64,000 bases of DNA from Acidobacteriota bacterium (GTDB lineage Bacteria > Acidobacteriota > UBA890 > WLXD01), in the NCBI GenBank assembly GCA_965248695.1, contig CBDFKD010000002.1, positions 5,152,001 through 5,216,000 on the forward strand. Reading direction: 5' to 3'. The notes below the pieces were generated by a model that made no database searches, had not been told where the DNA came from, and saw only the letters and a list, made by a program, of their open reading frames with translations. Shown piece by piece: positions 48,640 to 58,243 of the stretch. The position numbers were made by a program, and so were the translations under genes. Every line of letters starts with the position of its first letter. The first letter of the stretch is position 1.

Positions 48640-49031
48640 TGGCCTTTCTGCAGGAGGTGAAGAGCTACTTGGTCACCGAGAGCATCACGGATCCGATCTA
48701 TAGGGGAACGATGCCGGCGACGCCGGATACGGCGGTGGCGCTGTACCAGTACCCCGGGGAGGCGCCGTCGCGGGGGTTCGGGGTCACCGGCGGGGTGGCC
48801 TACGAGCGGCCGCGGCTGCAAGTCGTGGTGCGCGGTGCACCGCACGACCACGACACGCCGCTGGCCACCGCCACGAGTATCCGTGACGCGCTGGTGAAGG
48901 TTCAGGGCACCGAGCTGTCCGGAACGCTGTACCACTGGATCAGCCCTCTACAAGACCCGGGACTGTTCAAGCGCGACGAAAAAGAGCGCGTCTTGATCGT
49001 CTTTAACTGCCGCACGGAGAAGCACCGATGA
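48639..49031 (+). CDS. Tail terminator / minor capsid-type protein
   Basis: MP.TPD.AV, P.LQV.VRG, DEKER..FN. Confidence 0.7.
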   Translation: MAFLQEVKSYLVTESITDPIYRGTMPATPDTAVALYQYPGEAPSRGFGVTGGVAYERPRLQVVVRGAPHDHDTPLATATSIRDALVKVQGTELSGTLYHWISPLQDPGLFKRDEKERVLIVFNCRTEKHR

Positions 49032-49216
49032 CCGAAGCGGGGCCTGAAACAGATGCTCACAGCAGTCGGCTCGTGGATGCTCGCGGCAACGCGATCCCCA
49101 CTCATTTAGATGATGGATCGTGCCCGCAATGCGGGGCCTCGGAGGACAGGCAGCAGAAAGCCTTCGGAGGTACGAGCTGGTGTTTGAAGTGCGGGCATAA
49201 CTACAGGAGCGACTGA
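49028..49216 (+). CDS. Small zinc-ribbon protein
   Basis: CPQCG and CLKCG; ATGA-coupled. Confidence 0.55.
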   Translation: MTEAGPETDAHSSRLVDARGNAIPTHLDDGSCPQCGASEDRQQKAFGGTSWCLKCGHNYRSD

Positions 49217-49220
49217 TCTC

Positions 49221-49487
49221 ATGGCTACCCAAAAGCTGCGCGTGACGAACCGTCGCGGCGCCATCACGTATCCCATCGATCCGAAGGCCGTGCAGGCGAT
49301 CGCTAAGGCGGGTGGGCTATCGCGCATGGGCGCCAAACAGCGCGCCGGGATCGAGCTTAGGACCGTCGAGGCTGGGGGCGACTGCTCCGATATGCCCAAG
49401 AAGCTGCAACAGGTTCAGATCCAGTCCGGCAACGTCGAGATCGTCACGCCGCGCTTCAAGGCGAAGTCTCAACGGGGAGGTAAGTAA
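49221..49487 (+). CDS. Phage hypothetical protein
   Basis: AGGAG RBS; TAATG overlap with next gene. Confidence 0.6.
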   Translation: MATQKLRVTNRRGAITYPIDPKAVQAIAKAGGLSRMGAKQRAGIELRTVEAGGDCSDMPKKLQQVQIQSGNVEIVTPRFKAKSQRGGK

Positions 49488-50224
49488 TGGCACGCCACGG
49501 TCCCGCCGATGTGTTCCTTACGGTGGATGGCTACGACCTGACGGCCGCGAGTCCACAGCAGCTATCCGAAACGGTCACCGTCCCCACCGTGCGTACCGAT
49601 GGGCTGGGAGATGGGTGGCAAAAGCACACGCCCATCGGTGTGCGCCAAGTGGAGCTGAGCATTGAGGGAGCGTTCTTTGATACCGGAGCCAACAACAGCC
49701 ACGCGGCGCTAGGGGGCTCGGTGCCGAGCTCGGTGCAGGCGGTACCGCGCCTGCTCGTGTACGGCCCCTCCAGGGGCGTGGGGGATGCGTGCGTGGGTCT
49801 GTCGGGTCTGTATCAGCAGAGTTACCAGGTAATGATGTCGCAAGGCGATCTACACCGAGCCAACGCCACATACCTGGTGACCGGGCAGCGCGACGAGTGT
49901 GTGCTTTTGCAGCCGCTGGAAGCCAAAACGGCCGACTGGAATACCGAGAGCCAGACGCTGGACAACGGTGCCAGTTCGGCCAACGGCGCTGTGGGGTACC
50001 TCGTCGTGAACGCCGCTGCGGGCATCACGGGCTTGTCGGTCAAGATCCGCGACTCGGCCGATAACACAGTGTTCGCAGATCTCATTACGTTCACCAACAA
50101 CGTCTCGGCTCCGTTCGCCGAACGCCTCGGTGCAACCGGCACGGTGGATCGCTACATCGCCGTGAGTGGCGCGCTGACGGGTACCGGCTCGATCACCTCA
50201 CTGATCGCAATGTCTCGTTTGTAA
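49487..50224 (+). CDS. Tail tube-like protein with C-terminal extra beta domain
   Basis: Shares GD.W..HTP.G.R.V and DT..N..H with the next gene. Confidence 0.6.
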   Translation: MARHGPADVFLTVDGYDLTAASPQQLSETVTVPTVRTDGLGDGWQKHTPIGVRQVELSIEGAFFDTGANNSHAALGGSVPSSVQAVPRLLVYGPSRGVGDACVGLSGLYQQSYQVMMSQGDLHRANATYLVTGQRDECVLLQPLEAKTADWNTESQTLDNGASSANGAVGYLVVNAAAGITGLSVKIRDSADNTVFADLITFTNNVSAPFAERLGATGTVDRYIAVSGALTGTGSITSLIAMSRL

Positions 50225-50266
50225 TCGACAACAACGGCCCGCAATGCGGGCGGGAGAAAGACAACG

Positions 50267-50689
50267 ATGCCTGGAAAGTACGGCTCCTCATCGGTATCGG
50301 TGACCATCGAGGATGCTCCCGGTGGGACGGCCCGCGACATCTCCAACTACTTGCTCGAAGGGGTCGATCCACAGATCGAGGCGGCGTTTGTGGAGACCAC
50401 CACCTACGGGGATGCCTGGGGAGAGCACACGCCCACGGGCATGAGGATGGTGAACCAGCTCACCTTCAATCTGATCTGGGACACGAGCACGAACGGCCCG
50501 CACGACATCTTCAAGGATGTCGATGATGGTCCCCAGGATGACGGCCGCGAGGTTGTCATTACGGCCGGTGACGGTAAGACCCTCACGGGCGATGTGCGGG
50601 TGGTGAGCTTCCAGGTGGTGATGAGTGCCGAGGACATCCACAAGGCGGTCGTGGTGCTGCAGCCGACCGGCGCGTGGACCTGGGCGTAA
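50267..50689 (+). CDS. Tail tube (major tail) protein
   Basis: 140 aa, ETTTYGD motif, directly before chaperone and tape measure genes. Confidence 0.7.
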   Translation: MPGKYGSSSVSVTIEDAPGGTARDISNYLLEGVDPQIEAAFVETTTYGDAWGEHTPTGMRMVNQLTFNLIWDTSTNGPHDIFKDVDDGPQDDGREVVITAGDGKTLTGDVRVVSFQVVMSAEDIHKAVVVLQPTGAWTWA

Positions 50690-50718
50690 GAGCAGCCAAA
50701 GACAAAGGAGAAACGTAG

Positions 50719-51126
50719 ATGTTGGTGACAGGAGAGCCCGTACAGCGGGAGATTCCACACGAGCCGGGGCAGCACTTTCTACTCAACCGGCTCTCGTGGA
50801 AGCAGCTGCGCAAAGCGCGCAGCCTGCAGGAGGATTATTCCCGCGAGTCCGCTAAGGCTTGGGGAGCGGAGTTCCTTGAGGTGCTTTCGAAGGGTGGCGA
50901 CAGAGCCGAGGGGGAGATTCGCAAGGTGCTCCAAGAGCAGCGCTATCAGGCGGCCAACTACGACACGGGCTATCTGATCGACATGGGCGTGGCGGCCTGG
51001 TCCTACGATGCCTCCTGCGACTCCGAGAACAAGGCGGCGCTGGATGAGCGCACCACACAGTGGGCCGCTCAGGAAATCATCGATCTGACCATGCCTCCGT
51101 CAGAGGCTCAGGAGGGGGAAGCCTAG
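50719..51126 (+). CDS. Tail assembly chaperone (gpG-like)
   Basis: AAGGAG RBS; between tube and tape measure; ends at slippery GGGGGAA. Confidence 0.72.
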   Translation: MLVTGEPVQREIPHEPGQHFLLNRLSWKQLRKARSLQEDYSRESAKAWGAEFLEVLSKGGDRAEGEIRKVLQEQRYQAANYDTGYLIDMGVAAWSYDASCDSENKAALDERTTQWAAQEIIDLTMPPSEAQEGEA

Positions 51127-51491
51127 TCCGGCTGTATCGCCACTTCGAGGGTATTGGTGATGAGCCGGTGCCCGAGGCGTGGTTCATCAGTCGGCTATGT
51201 GAGGAGTTTGGATGCACGCCACTGCAGGTGGTGGAGGATCTCGAAAACGACCCGGAGCGCTGGATGCTGCGCATCCTGCCGCTGCGGGCTTTGGCGCGCG
51301 CGTACCAAAGCTACAAGGCGGCTCAATCCAAGAAAGAACTTGGCAAGGCCATCCATCAAGACCCGTGGGTGCGGCGGGTCGTCGAGATCGACTTTGCCGA
51401 GAAGCGACGGCAGATAGAAGCCAACAAGCAAGGCGGCGACGAGGATGATTCCGATCGGGGTGCTCGAGGCGATCCTGCGGCTGCGGGATGA
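51114..51491 (+). CDS. gpT-like extension made by -1 programmed frameshift
   Basis: -1 frame open after G GGG GAA (51114-51120): SLVRLYRHF...RLCEEFGCTP. Confidence 0.68.
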   Translation, partial: GGSLVRLYRHFEGIGDEPVPEAWFISRLCEEFGCTPLQVVEDLENDPERWMLRILPLRALARAYQSYKAAQSKKELGKAIHQDPWVRRVVEIDFAEKRRQIEANKQGGDEDDSDRGARGDPAAAG

Positions 51492-54400
51492 GATGAGCCC
51501 GAAGCTGCAGGTCGCCGGCGAGCAGCTGCAGCAGACGGGCCGGTCCATGACCAGAGTCGGTGCCGGGCTGACGGCGGGGCTGACGTTGCCCATCGCTGGG
51601 GTTGGCATCGCGGCGATTAAGGCGGCGACCGACTTCAACAAGGGAATGGCCAACGTCGCCACGCTGATCCCCGGCAACACCGAGCGTGTCAAGGAGCTGA
51701 AGCGCTCGGTGCAGGACATGGCTGTAGCCACCGGCAAGAGCACGACCGACATCTCAGAAGGTCTGTATCAGGTCGTTTCCGCCTTCGGCGATACCGCCGA
51801 CACGGCGAAGATTCTCCAGACGAACGTCGAAGCCGCAGCAGCTGGCTTGGCCACCACGAGCGAGGCAATTGCGCTTACATCGGCCGTCACCAAAGCCTAC
51901 GGGGACACAAGCGCGGAGGCCGTACAGGCTGCTGCCGACATGGCGTTCGTGACCGTCAAGCTTGGCCAAACATCGTTTCCTGAGCTGGCTGCGTCTATCG
52001 GCAAGGTCGCGATCGGCGCCGCCGGCTTGAAGATCAGCCAGCAAGAACTGAACGCCGTGTTTGCCACGATGACAGGCGTAACCGGCGGCGCTGCGGAGGT
52101 GGCCACGCAGTTCCGCGGCGCGATGACCGGCCTGAAGAAACCGAGCGACGACATGATCGTCGCGCTCGACGAGATCGGTTTCTCAACAGAGGTGTACGGC
52201 GCTCGAGCAGGAGAGGCCGCAGTCGAGAGTCTCGGCTTTCAAGGCACGCTGGCAGCTCTAACGGAGGCCTCGGGCGGCAACGCAGCCGCGATGGCGAAGC
52301 TGTTCGGGTCAACCGAGAGCTGGGACTTCATCGCCGGCCTCGCAGGCTCGCAGGCCGAGACGTTCGGCAGCAAGTTGGGCGAGTTGGCCGAGTTCTCTGG
52401 TGCGGCAACCGAAGCGCTCAACGAGCAACAACGCGGCGTCAACGAGGCCGGCTTCCATTGGGAGGTGCTGAAGCAGAAGGTGGTCGTGGCTGCGCAGAAG
52501 TTCGGAGACGAGCTCTTGCCGATCGTGATGCGCGTCGGGGAGAGTTTGCGACCGTTGTTGGACATGGTGCTCCGGGGCGCGGAATGGTTCGGCAAGCTGC
52601 CGGTGCCGGTGCAGACGGCAGGGGTGATGTTAGCGGGGCTGGCGGCGGCGGCGGGGCCGGTGCTGATCGTGCTCGGAACGATGGCCTCCTCGATTGGAAC
52701 GCTACTGCCGCTGCTTACAGGAGCAGGTTTGGCGGGAGCGGCAAGCAGCGTCATTGCTGTCCTTACTGGCCCGGTGGGGTGGGTTCTGGCGATCGGCGCC
52801 GTGGTCAGTGCCCTCGGTTTTCTCGTGCTCAAGGTACAGGAATCGAATCGGATTCTCGAAGAACACAAGCGTCGGGCCGAAGAGATTTCGGAGGCGGCGC
52901 GCGACTACGAACGCGAGGCGCAGCTGCTTGCCGGCACCTTTCGCGGTGCTCTGAGTCAGGGGCTGGATGCGGCGCGTCAGGCGACCGATGAATATCTCGA
53001 CTCGCTGGAACTTGGCGCCGAAGGTGTCGTGGAGCTTTCCAGTGGCCTGCGGCTGCTGCTGAACGACAACAAGCTAACGAGAGAGCAGTTCAATGAGCTG
53101 TCCGGTGCGCTCGCCGAGTACCGGCAGCGGTCCAAGGATGCTGCTTTACAGCTACCAATTTTGAGTGCGGAACAGGATCGAGCTAGGGAGGCGGCAAGGC
53201 TTCTCGCAGAGGCGCTGGAGGGCTTCACGCTTGCCGAAGATGTTGCCAAGGATATCGACAAGCTGCGCCTAGCGGTCGAGTCCGCTGAAGCGCCGACCGT
53301 GCAGTTGGAGGCCGCTTGGAAGGACCTGGTAGCAAAGATGCAAGAGGCCGGATTGGAGATACCGGTCTCCATGAGCGCCATCGCCGACAGCCTCAATATC
53401 GTCGAGCGGAGCTTCGAGCGCGCCCGCGAGGAACAGGAAAAGCGATGGGACACAGCCAACCTCAAAGCGCTGAATGATGGATTCGACCAGCTCCAAACCG
53501 AGCTGCTTGAAGCCGAAAAAGCTGCGCTCCAAGCCGGGGAAGCGCTGAAGAATTTTGTTATCCAGCCGCCGGACCCGAGCACCATCCCACAAATCGATGC
53601 TGTCACCCTGGCGGCCGAGAGGCTCGGGCTTAAGGCGGTCAACGTCGAGGAGCTGAATAAGAGCTTTGCTGACCTGCAAGCCGTCGTTGCAGCTGGGGGC
53701 TTCGCCCCATCGGATCTGAAGCGCATCTACGACGATCTGTACCGGACGTTCCAACAGCTGGGGCCATTGACCGACGAGCAGGCCGCTGCATTTGAACGGC
53801 TCCGCGGGCAGATCGAGCAACAACCAAACCTGTCGTTTTTCGGCAAGATCGGCGATTCGCTCAAGTCCGTCTTTGGCAAGCTGGCAGAGCTGGGCTCGGT
53901 GTTCACCAACGCACTCGGGACGCTGTTCACGGATGGCTTAAGCGGCGCTCTAGGAGCTCTCCAAACCGGCCTGTCGCAGCTGCTGTCCAAGGCGTTCAAC
54001 AGCGTCATTCCGGGGTTGGGTACCTTGGCGGCACCGCTGATCTCGGCGATCGAGAACCTGCTCTCCGGCATGTTCGGCAAGGCCCACGCGGCCGATCACG
54101 TAGCCGAGCAGTTTGGCATCGCCCTGTCCGACGGGCTCGCCAAGGCCATCGACGACCTCGCCGCCAGTCAGTTCCAAGGCAACTTCGATGCGGCTTTCCG
54201 CTCGATGATGGCGCAGGCGATCCAAGAGGCTTCGATCACCACAGAGGCGGAGCTATCCAAGTGGGTCACGCTGACCCATCAGATCCTCTCGTCTGTGGAC
54301 GAGGGGTTCATGAGCCTGCAGCAGGCCGTCGAGTCGATGTCGGACTCCTGGTTGGCTCTGGTGCCCGCGATGGAGGCGACGGGAGCGTCGGCGATGGGCC

Positions 54401-56301
54401 TGCAGGCGCAGATATCGGATCTGATATCTCGGGGCGTTGACCTGGACACGCTCGCCACACAGCTGCAGCCTGTGATCTCGGCGATGTTCGATTCCGGCAT
54501 CTCCGGAGCGCAAGAGCTCGTGGACTGGCTCAACACCATGGGTGTGGAGATCGACGGCGTTGCCACGAGCGCCGAGGCCGCCGTCGCCGCCATCGAGGCC
54601 GCGTTCGGTGCCGGTGACTTCAGCGCCATGAGTACCGCGATCCGCGACGCGATCGCGGCGGGTGTTGATCTGTCGAGTCTACAAGGGCTGCTGACGGACG
54701 TGATGGCCCAGTACAAGGACCTGGTACTGGGAGCCTCCCAGGAAGTTGTCGCCGGGGTGGAGGCGCTGTTTGCCACCGTACGGCGAGAAGTCGAGGTGCT
54801 GGCCGAGGACGGCTCTACCCAGACCATCGAGCAGCTGCGGCTCACCAAGCGGGAGGCGGAGTTTGCCGCCTCGGCCCTGCTGGTCACCTTCGAGCAGATG
54901 CGTGCCGCTGGCGTGCCGCTCACAGAGATCTTCGAGGCCATGGGAGATCAGATCACCCAGTTGGCTGACAACTTCAAAGGCGCACTGCCCCCGGTGCTCG
55001 CCGAGGTGGACGCGCTGTTTTCGGCCATGCAGGGGAGCGCCGCCAAGGCGATCGAGAAGGTTGACGCCATCGGCGGCTCTATCGGCGCGCTGGGGGAAAT
55101 GGGCCTGCTGAGCGCCGGGCAGCTGGATTTCTTTGGCGACAAGATCGACCGCGCCTACGCCAAGCTCATCGAAGGCGGTGCGGGCTCGGAGCAAGCGATG
55201 GCGCTGCTTGGGCCGCAGCTGCGGCAGCTGATTGACCTGTCCGAGCAATACGGTTTCAAGATCGACCGCAACACCCGGGCGCTGATCGATCAGGCTGATG
55301 CGTCGGGTCTGCTTCCGCCAGCGATCGAGCCGGTCGAGGATATCTTCGGCGACATCCGCTCGGTGATCATCCTGTTGGCTGAGTCGCTCGGTGTGCAGGT
55401 ACCGGCAGCGATCAAGCAGGCAGCAGATGCGGCGCAAGAGGCTGAGAACCGGATCAAGAGCCCCTTCAAGCGCGCCTTCATGGAGATGGCCGCGGATGCC
55501 GGCTGGGCAGCGCGAGAGACGCGCGGGGTATGGAGACAGCTGTCGCCGGATCTGCGGCGCGTGTTCGAGGAGGGTGGTGAAGTTGGCCGCGCCCAGTTCA
55601 AACAAATCGCCATGGCCGCCGGGCTGAGCGCGGCACAGGTGCGGCAGCTGTGGGGCTCGGACATGCGCACCGTCGAAGACATCTTCGGCCACGCCGGAAC
55701 GACCGGCGAGGAGGAAAACGTCAAGGTGGGCGAGGCGGCCGAGCGCGAGGCGAAGCGGTCGGCGCGCGAGATGCGCATCGCATTCATCGACCGGGTCATC
55801 CCGGCGCTGCGCCGCATCGGACAGGTCGGTGAGATTGAGGCGAAGCGGCTGGGGGACGCGTTCGTGGGGGCGGCAAAGGACTCTGCGGCCGAGTGGGAAG
55901 CGACGCAGCGAGCCACCGTCGGTAACTCTTCGATTCTGGATATCTCACGACGCGGCATCGAAGCGGCCGAGGTGCTCGGTGGTAGTCAGGTCGAAGCGGC
56001 CATGCGTGCCGCGCACACCTGGAGCCTCGCCTCGGACACGATTGCCCGGTCGATGAACCGTACGGAATCAGCGGTTTCCGCGATTCCCTCGTCGGTGTCC
56101 GTGTCGGTGGGCACGGGGCCAAGGGATTCGATTCCCGCACCGGTCGCGGCTGCATCGGCCCCCGCACCATCCAGGCGCCCCGACGAGACGTTATTGCGCG
56201 AACTGCTCCATGAGCTCCGTGCGCTCCGGCAGGACCAGCGCACCTACTTGCCGGACGCGCTGCGCACCGCTGCCCGGCACGGGAAGCAGACGAGCAGCTG
56301 A
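51445..56301 (+). CDS. Tape measure protein (1618 aa)
   Basis: TP901-type N-terminal core (LTAGLTLPI..F...MA.V, GLYQVVSA), hydrophobic segment, long Ala-rich helical body. Confidence 0.92.
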   Translation: MIPIGVLEAILRLRDEMSPKLQVAGEQLQQTGRSMTRVGAGLTAGLTLPIAGVGIAAIKAATDFNKGMANVATLIPGNTERVKELKRSVQDMAVATGKSTTDISEGLYQVVSAFGDTADTAKILQTNVEAAAAGLATTSEAIALTSAVTKAYGDTSAEAVQAAADMAFVTVKLGQTSFPELAASIGKVAIGAAGLKISQQELNAVFATMTGVTGGAAEVATQFRGAMTGLKKPSDDMIVALDEIGFSTEVYGARAGEAAVESLGFQGTLAALTEASGGNAAAMAKLFGSTESWDFIAGLAGSQAETFGSKLGELAEFSGAATEALNEQQRGVNEAGFHWEVLKQKVVVAAQKFGDELLPIVMRVGESLRPLLDMVLRGAEWFGKLPVPVQTAGVMLAGLAAAAGPVLIVLGTMASSIGTLLPLLTGAGLAGAASSVIAVLTGPVGWVLAIGAVVSALGFLVLKVQESNRILEEHKRRAEEISEAARDYEREAQLLAGTFRGALSQGLDAARQATDEYLDSLELGAEGVVELSSGLRLLLNDNKLTREQFNELSGALAEYRQRSKDAALQLPILSAEQDRAREAARLLAEALEGFTLAEDVAKDIDKLRLAVESAEAPTVQLEAAWKDLVAKMQEAGLEIPVSMSAIADSLNIVERSFERAREEQEKRWDTANLKALNDGFDQLQTELLEAEKAALQAGEALKNFVIQPPDPSTIPQIDAVTLAAERLGLKAVNVEELNKSFADLQAVVAAGGFAPSDLKRIYDDLYRTFQQLGPLTDEQAAAFERLRGQIEQQPNLSFFGKIGDSLKSVFGKLAELGSVFTNALGTLFTDGLSGALGALQTGLSQLLSKAFNSVIPGLGTLAAPLISAIENLLSGMFGKAHAADHVAEQFGIALSDGLAKAIDDLAASQFQGNFDAAFRSMMAQAIQEASITTEAELSKWVTLTHQILSSVDEGFMSLQQAVESMSDSWLALVPAMEATGASAMGLQAQISDLISRGVDLDTLATQLQPVISAMFDSGISGAQELVDWLNTMGVEIDGVATSAEAAVAAIEAAFGAGDFSAMSTAIRDAIAAGVDLSSLQGLLTDVMAQYKDLVLGASQEVVAGVEALFATVRREVEVLAEDGSTQTIEQLRLTKREAEFAASALLVTFEQMRAAGVPLTEIFEAMGDQITQLADNFKGALPPVLAEVDALFSAMQGSAAKAIEKVDAIGGSIGALGEMGLLSAGQLDFFGDKIDRAYAKLIEGGAGSEQAMALLGPQLRQLIDLSEQYGFKIDRNTRALIDQADASGLLPPAIEPVEDIFGDIRSVIILLAESLGVQVPAAIKQAADAAQEAENRIKSPFKRAFMEMAADAGWAARETRGVWRQLSPDLRRVFEEGGEVGRAQFKQIAMAAGLSAAQVRQLWGSDMRTVEDIFGHAGTTGEEENVKVGEAAEREAKRSAREMRIAFIDRVIPALRRIGQVGEIEAKRLGDAFVGAAKDSAAEWEATQRATVGNSSILDISRRGIEAAEVLGGSQVEAAMRAAHTWSLASDTIARSMNRTESAVSAIPSSVSVSVGTGPRDSIPAPVAAASAPAPSRRPDETLLRELLHELRALRQDQRTYLPDALRTAARHGKQTSS

Positions 56302-57848
56302 TGGCGGAGGTGGCGATGGAGTTTTACCTGTCAGGATCCTGGAGGGACGTGAGCGTCGACGTGCTCGCTGCCCACCCGATCAGCTGGCAGCGCGGCATTC
56401 CCGGCTCCGGGCCGCAAGATCTGATCGGGCAGCCGGGTCGCATGAACTGGGTGATGAACAACGGCAACAACTCCGGCGGTGTTGCCGGCTACTACTCACC
56501 CGGGCACGCCAGCGTGCGGACCGGGTTCAAGCACGGTATGCGTGTACGGCTGACGATCGATGCAGGCAACGACTCCGCCGGCAACAACGTCAGCCGCACC
56601 GTGTTCGCCGGCAAGCTCAAGGAGGCCAACCCGATACCGGGCGCCTACACGGTGCACGAAACACACTGCATCGCCTGTGACTGGCTGGAGGACCTGGCGG
56701 ATCTGAAGGACGTGCGCCTGAGCCTACGGGAAAACGTTCGCTCCGATCAGTTAATCGATGACCTCGTGGCGCTAGTGGCCATGGCGCCGACCAGCAAGAG
56801 CCTCGATGTGGGCATCGACACCTACACGTTCGCCTTTGACGATCTCGGGGACAAAGATCCCAGCCCGATGTCGCTGGCGCACGCCATCTGCATGAGCGAA
56901 CGGGGCTACCTGTATGTGCGGGGTAACACGACCGATGGCGAGACGCTGCGGTTCGAAAACCGTCACGCGCGCGCCACCAAGAGCCTGGATTTGACGCTCA
57001 CCGCCTCGCAGGTGCGCGACATCCGCGTGCCTTCGGCCATGGATCGGATCTACAACCACGTCGAAGCGACGGCCCACCCGCGCAACAAGGGCAGCACCAT
57101 CATCGTGCTCGTGAGCCTGGATGAAGAGATCGAACTCCGATCTGGACAGACCGTTGAACTGTTCGTCGCCTACACCGATCCGAACAACAAGGACGCCCGT
57201 ATAGGTGGCGCCAACATGGTCGCACCGGTATCGGGTACTGATTACACGGCCCGTGACGCCGCCAACGGTGGGGGGAGTCTCATCACCTCCCAGTTTGACC
57301 TATCCGACACGGAGTTTCAGGGCTCCGGGTGCAATATCGTGGCCACCAATAACGCCGACAAAACAGGCTACCTGCGAGGCCCCGGCACCAGCCCAGGCAT
57401 GCAGATACGGGGCAAGCCGCTGTATCGGTACTCGCCCGTATCGCAGCGCGGCAAAGGCTCCACCGACAGCATCACCGACTACGGAGAGCGGTGGTTGCGC
57501 ATCGACATGCCCTACCAGGACAACGTTCTGGTGGCGCAAGACGTAGCGAACTTCACCGCCAACGTCTATGACGGGATCCTCAACACGCCGACCGAAGTGT
57601 CACCAATGACCGAGAGGCCTGCTCTGTTGGTGTCCTGTCTGCCGGTGGATATTGGCTCGCGCATCAAGGTGACCGAGGCGCAGTCCGGGGTGGATGGCGC
57701 GGAGGTGTTCATCAACGGCGTCCGCGGTCGGGTGCTCAACAAGACGGTGAGCTTGGAGTGGATTGTGGCCCCGGCTGATACGACCGCCGTGTTCATTCTG
57801 GATGATCCGGTGGCCGGGATCCTGGACGCCAACGCACTGGGGTACTGA
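56301..57848 (+). CDS. Tail tip / baseplate hub-like protein
   Basis: TGATG-coupled to tape measure gene; beta-rich; SI..YG.R motif. Confidence 0.65.
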   Translation: MAEVAMEFYLSGSWRDVSVDVLAAHPISWQRGIPGSGPQDLIGQPGRMNWVMNNGNNSGGVAGYYSPGHASVRTGFKHGMRVRLTIDAGNDSAGNNVSRTVFAGKLKEANPIPGAYTVHETHCIACDWLEDLADLKDVRLSLRENVRSDQLIDDLVALVAMAPTSKSLDVGIDTYTFAFDDLGDKDPSPMSLAHAICMSERGYLYVRGNTTDGETLRFENRHARATKSLDLTLTASQVRDIRVPSAMDRIYNHVEATAHPRNKGSTIIVLVSLDEEIELRSGQTVELFVAYTDPNNKDARIGGANMVAPVSGTDYTARDAANGGGSLITSQFDLSDTEFQGSGCNIVATNNADKTGYLRGPGTSPGMQIRGKPLYRYSPVSQRGKGSTDSITDYGERWLRIDMPYQDNVLVAQDVANFTANVYDGILNTPTEVSPMTERPALLVSCLPVDIGSRIKVTEAQSGVDGAEVFINGVRGRVLNKTVSLEWIVAPADTTAVFILDDPVAGILDANALGY

Positions 57849-58243
57849 TGATGCACCGCTACATACTGGGCATTCGGGACCAGCACTTGGTCGTTGACGA
57901 GACCAGGTTGCTTGCCAAGCTCGACCAACAGGTCGCCAAGTCACAGCGTCTGGGAGCGCGCATCCAGGTGCACCCGGAGGGCGAGGAGATTGTGGCGTAC
58001 TGCAACCACGGCCGCTGGGTGGCGGACTGCCCGTGCGGCGGGGGCGTGGCGGTGGAGCCGGAGTTTGACAAGGCAGCCTGCTTCGGGTGCGGGGCGGTGT
58101 ACTCGTCAGTCCGGTTCCCTCGGCACCGTGACCAGATCGAGCGACAGCTGCTGAAGCGTCCCCGGATGGACAACCGCAACTGGGAGCCGGGCGAGACGGT
58201 ACGGCAGCTGCGTCGGGACAACCGCAGCCGGGGGATCAGGTAG
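57848..58243 (+). CDS. Cys-rich phage tail-region protein
   Basis: NHGRWVADCPCG, CFGCG, RNWEPGETV..L..N. Confidence 0.6.
   Translation: MMHRYILGIRDQHLVVDETRLLAKLDQQVAKSQRLGARIQVHPEGEEIVAYCNHGRWVADCPCGGGVAVEPEFDKAACFGCGAVYSSVRFPRHRDQIERQLLKRPRMDNRNWEPGETVRQLRRDNRSRGIR

Noticed and set aside
49122-50250. 14-nt match GCCCGCAATGCGGG at 49122 and 50237
   Set aside because: One copy encodes CPQCG and the other is a small intergenic hairpin; likely coincidence in GC-rich DNA.
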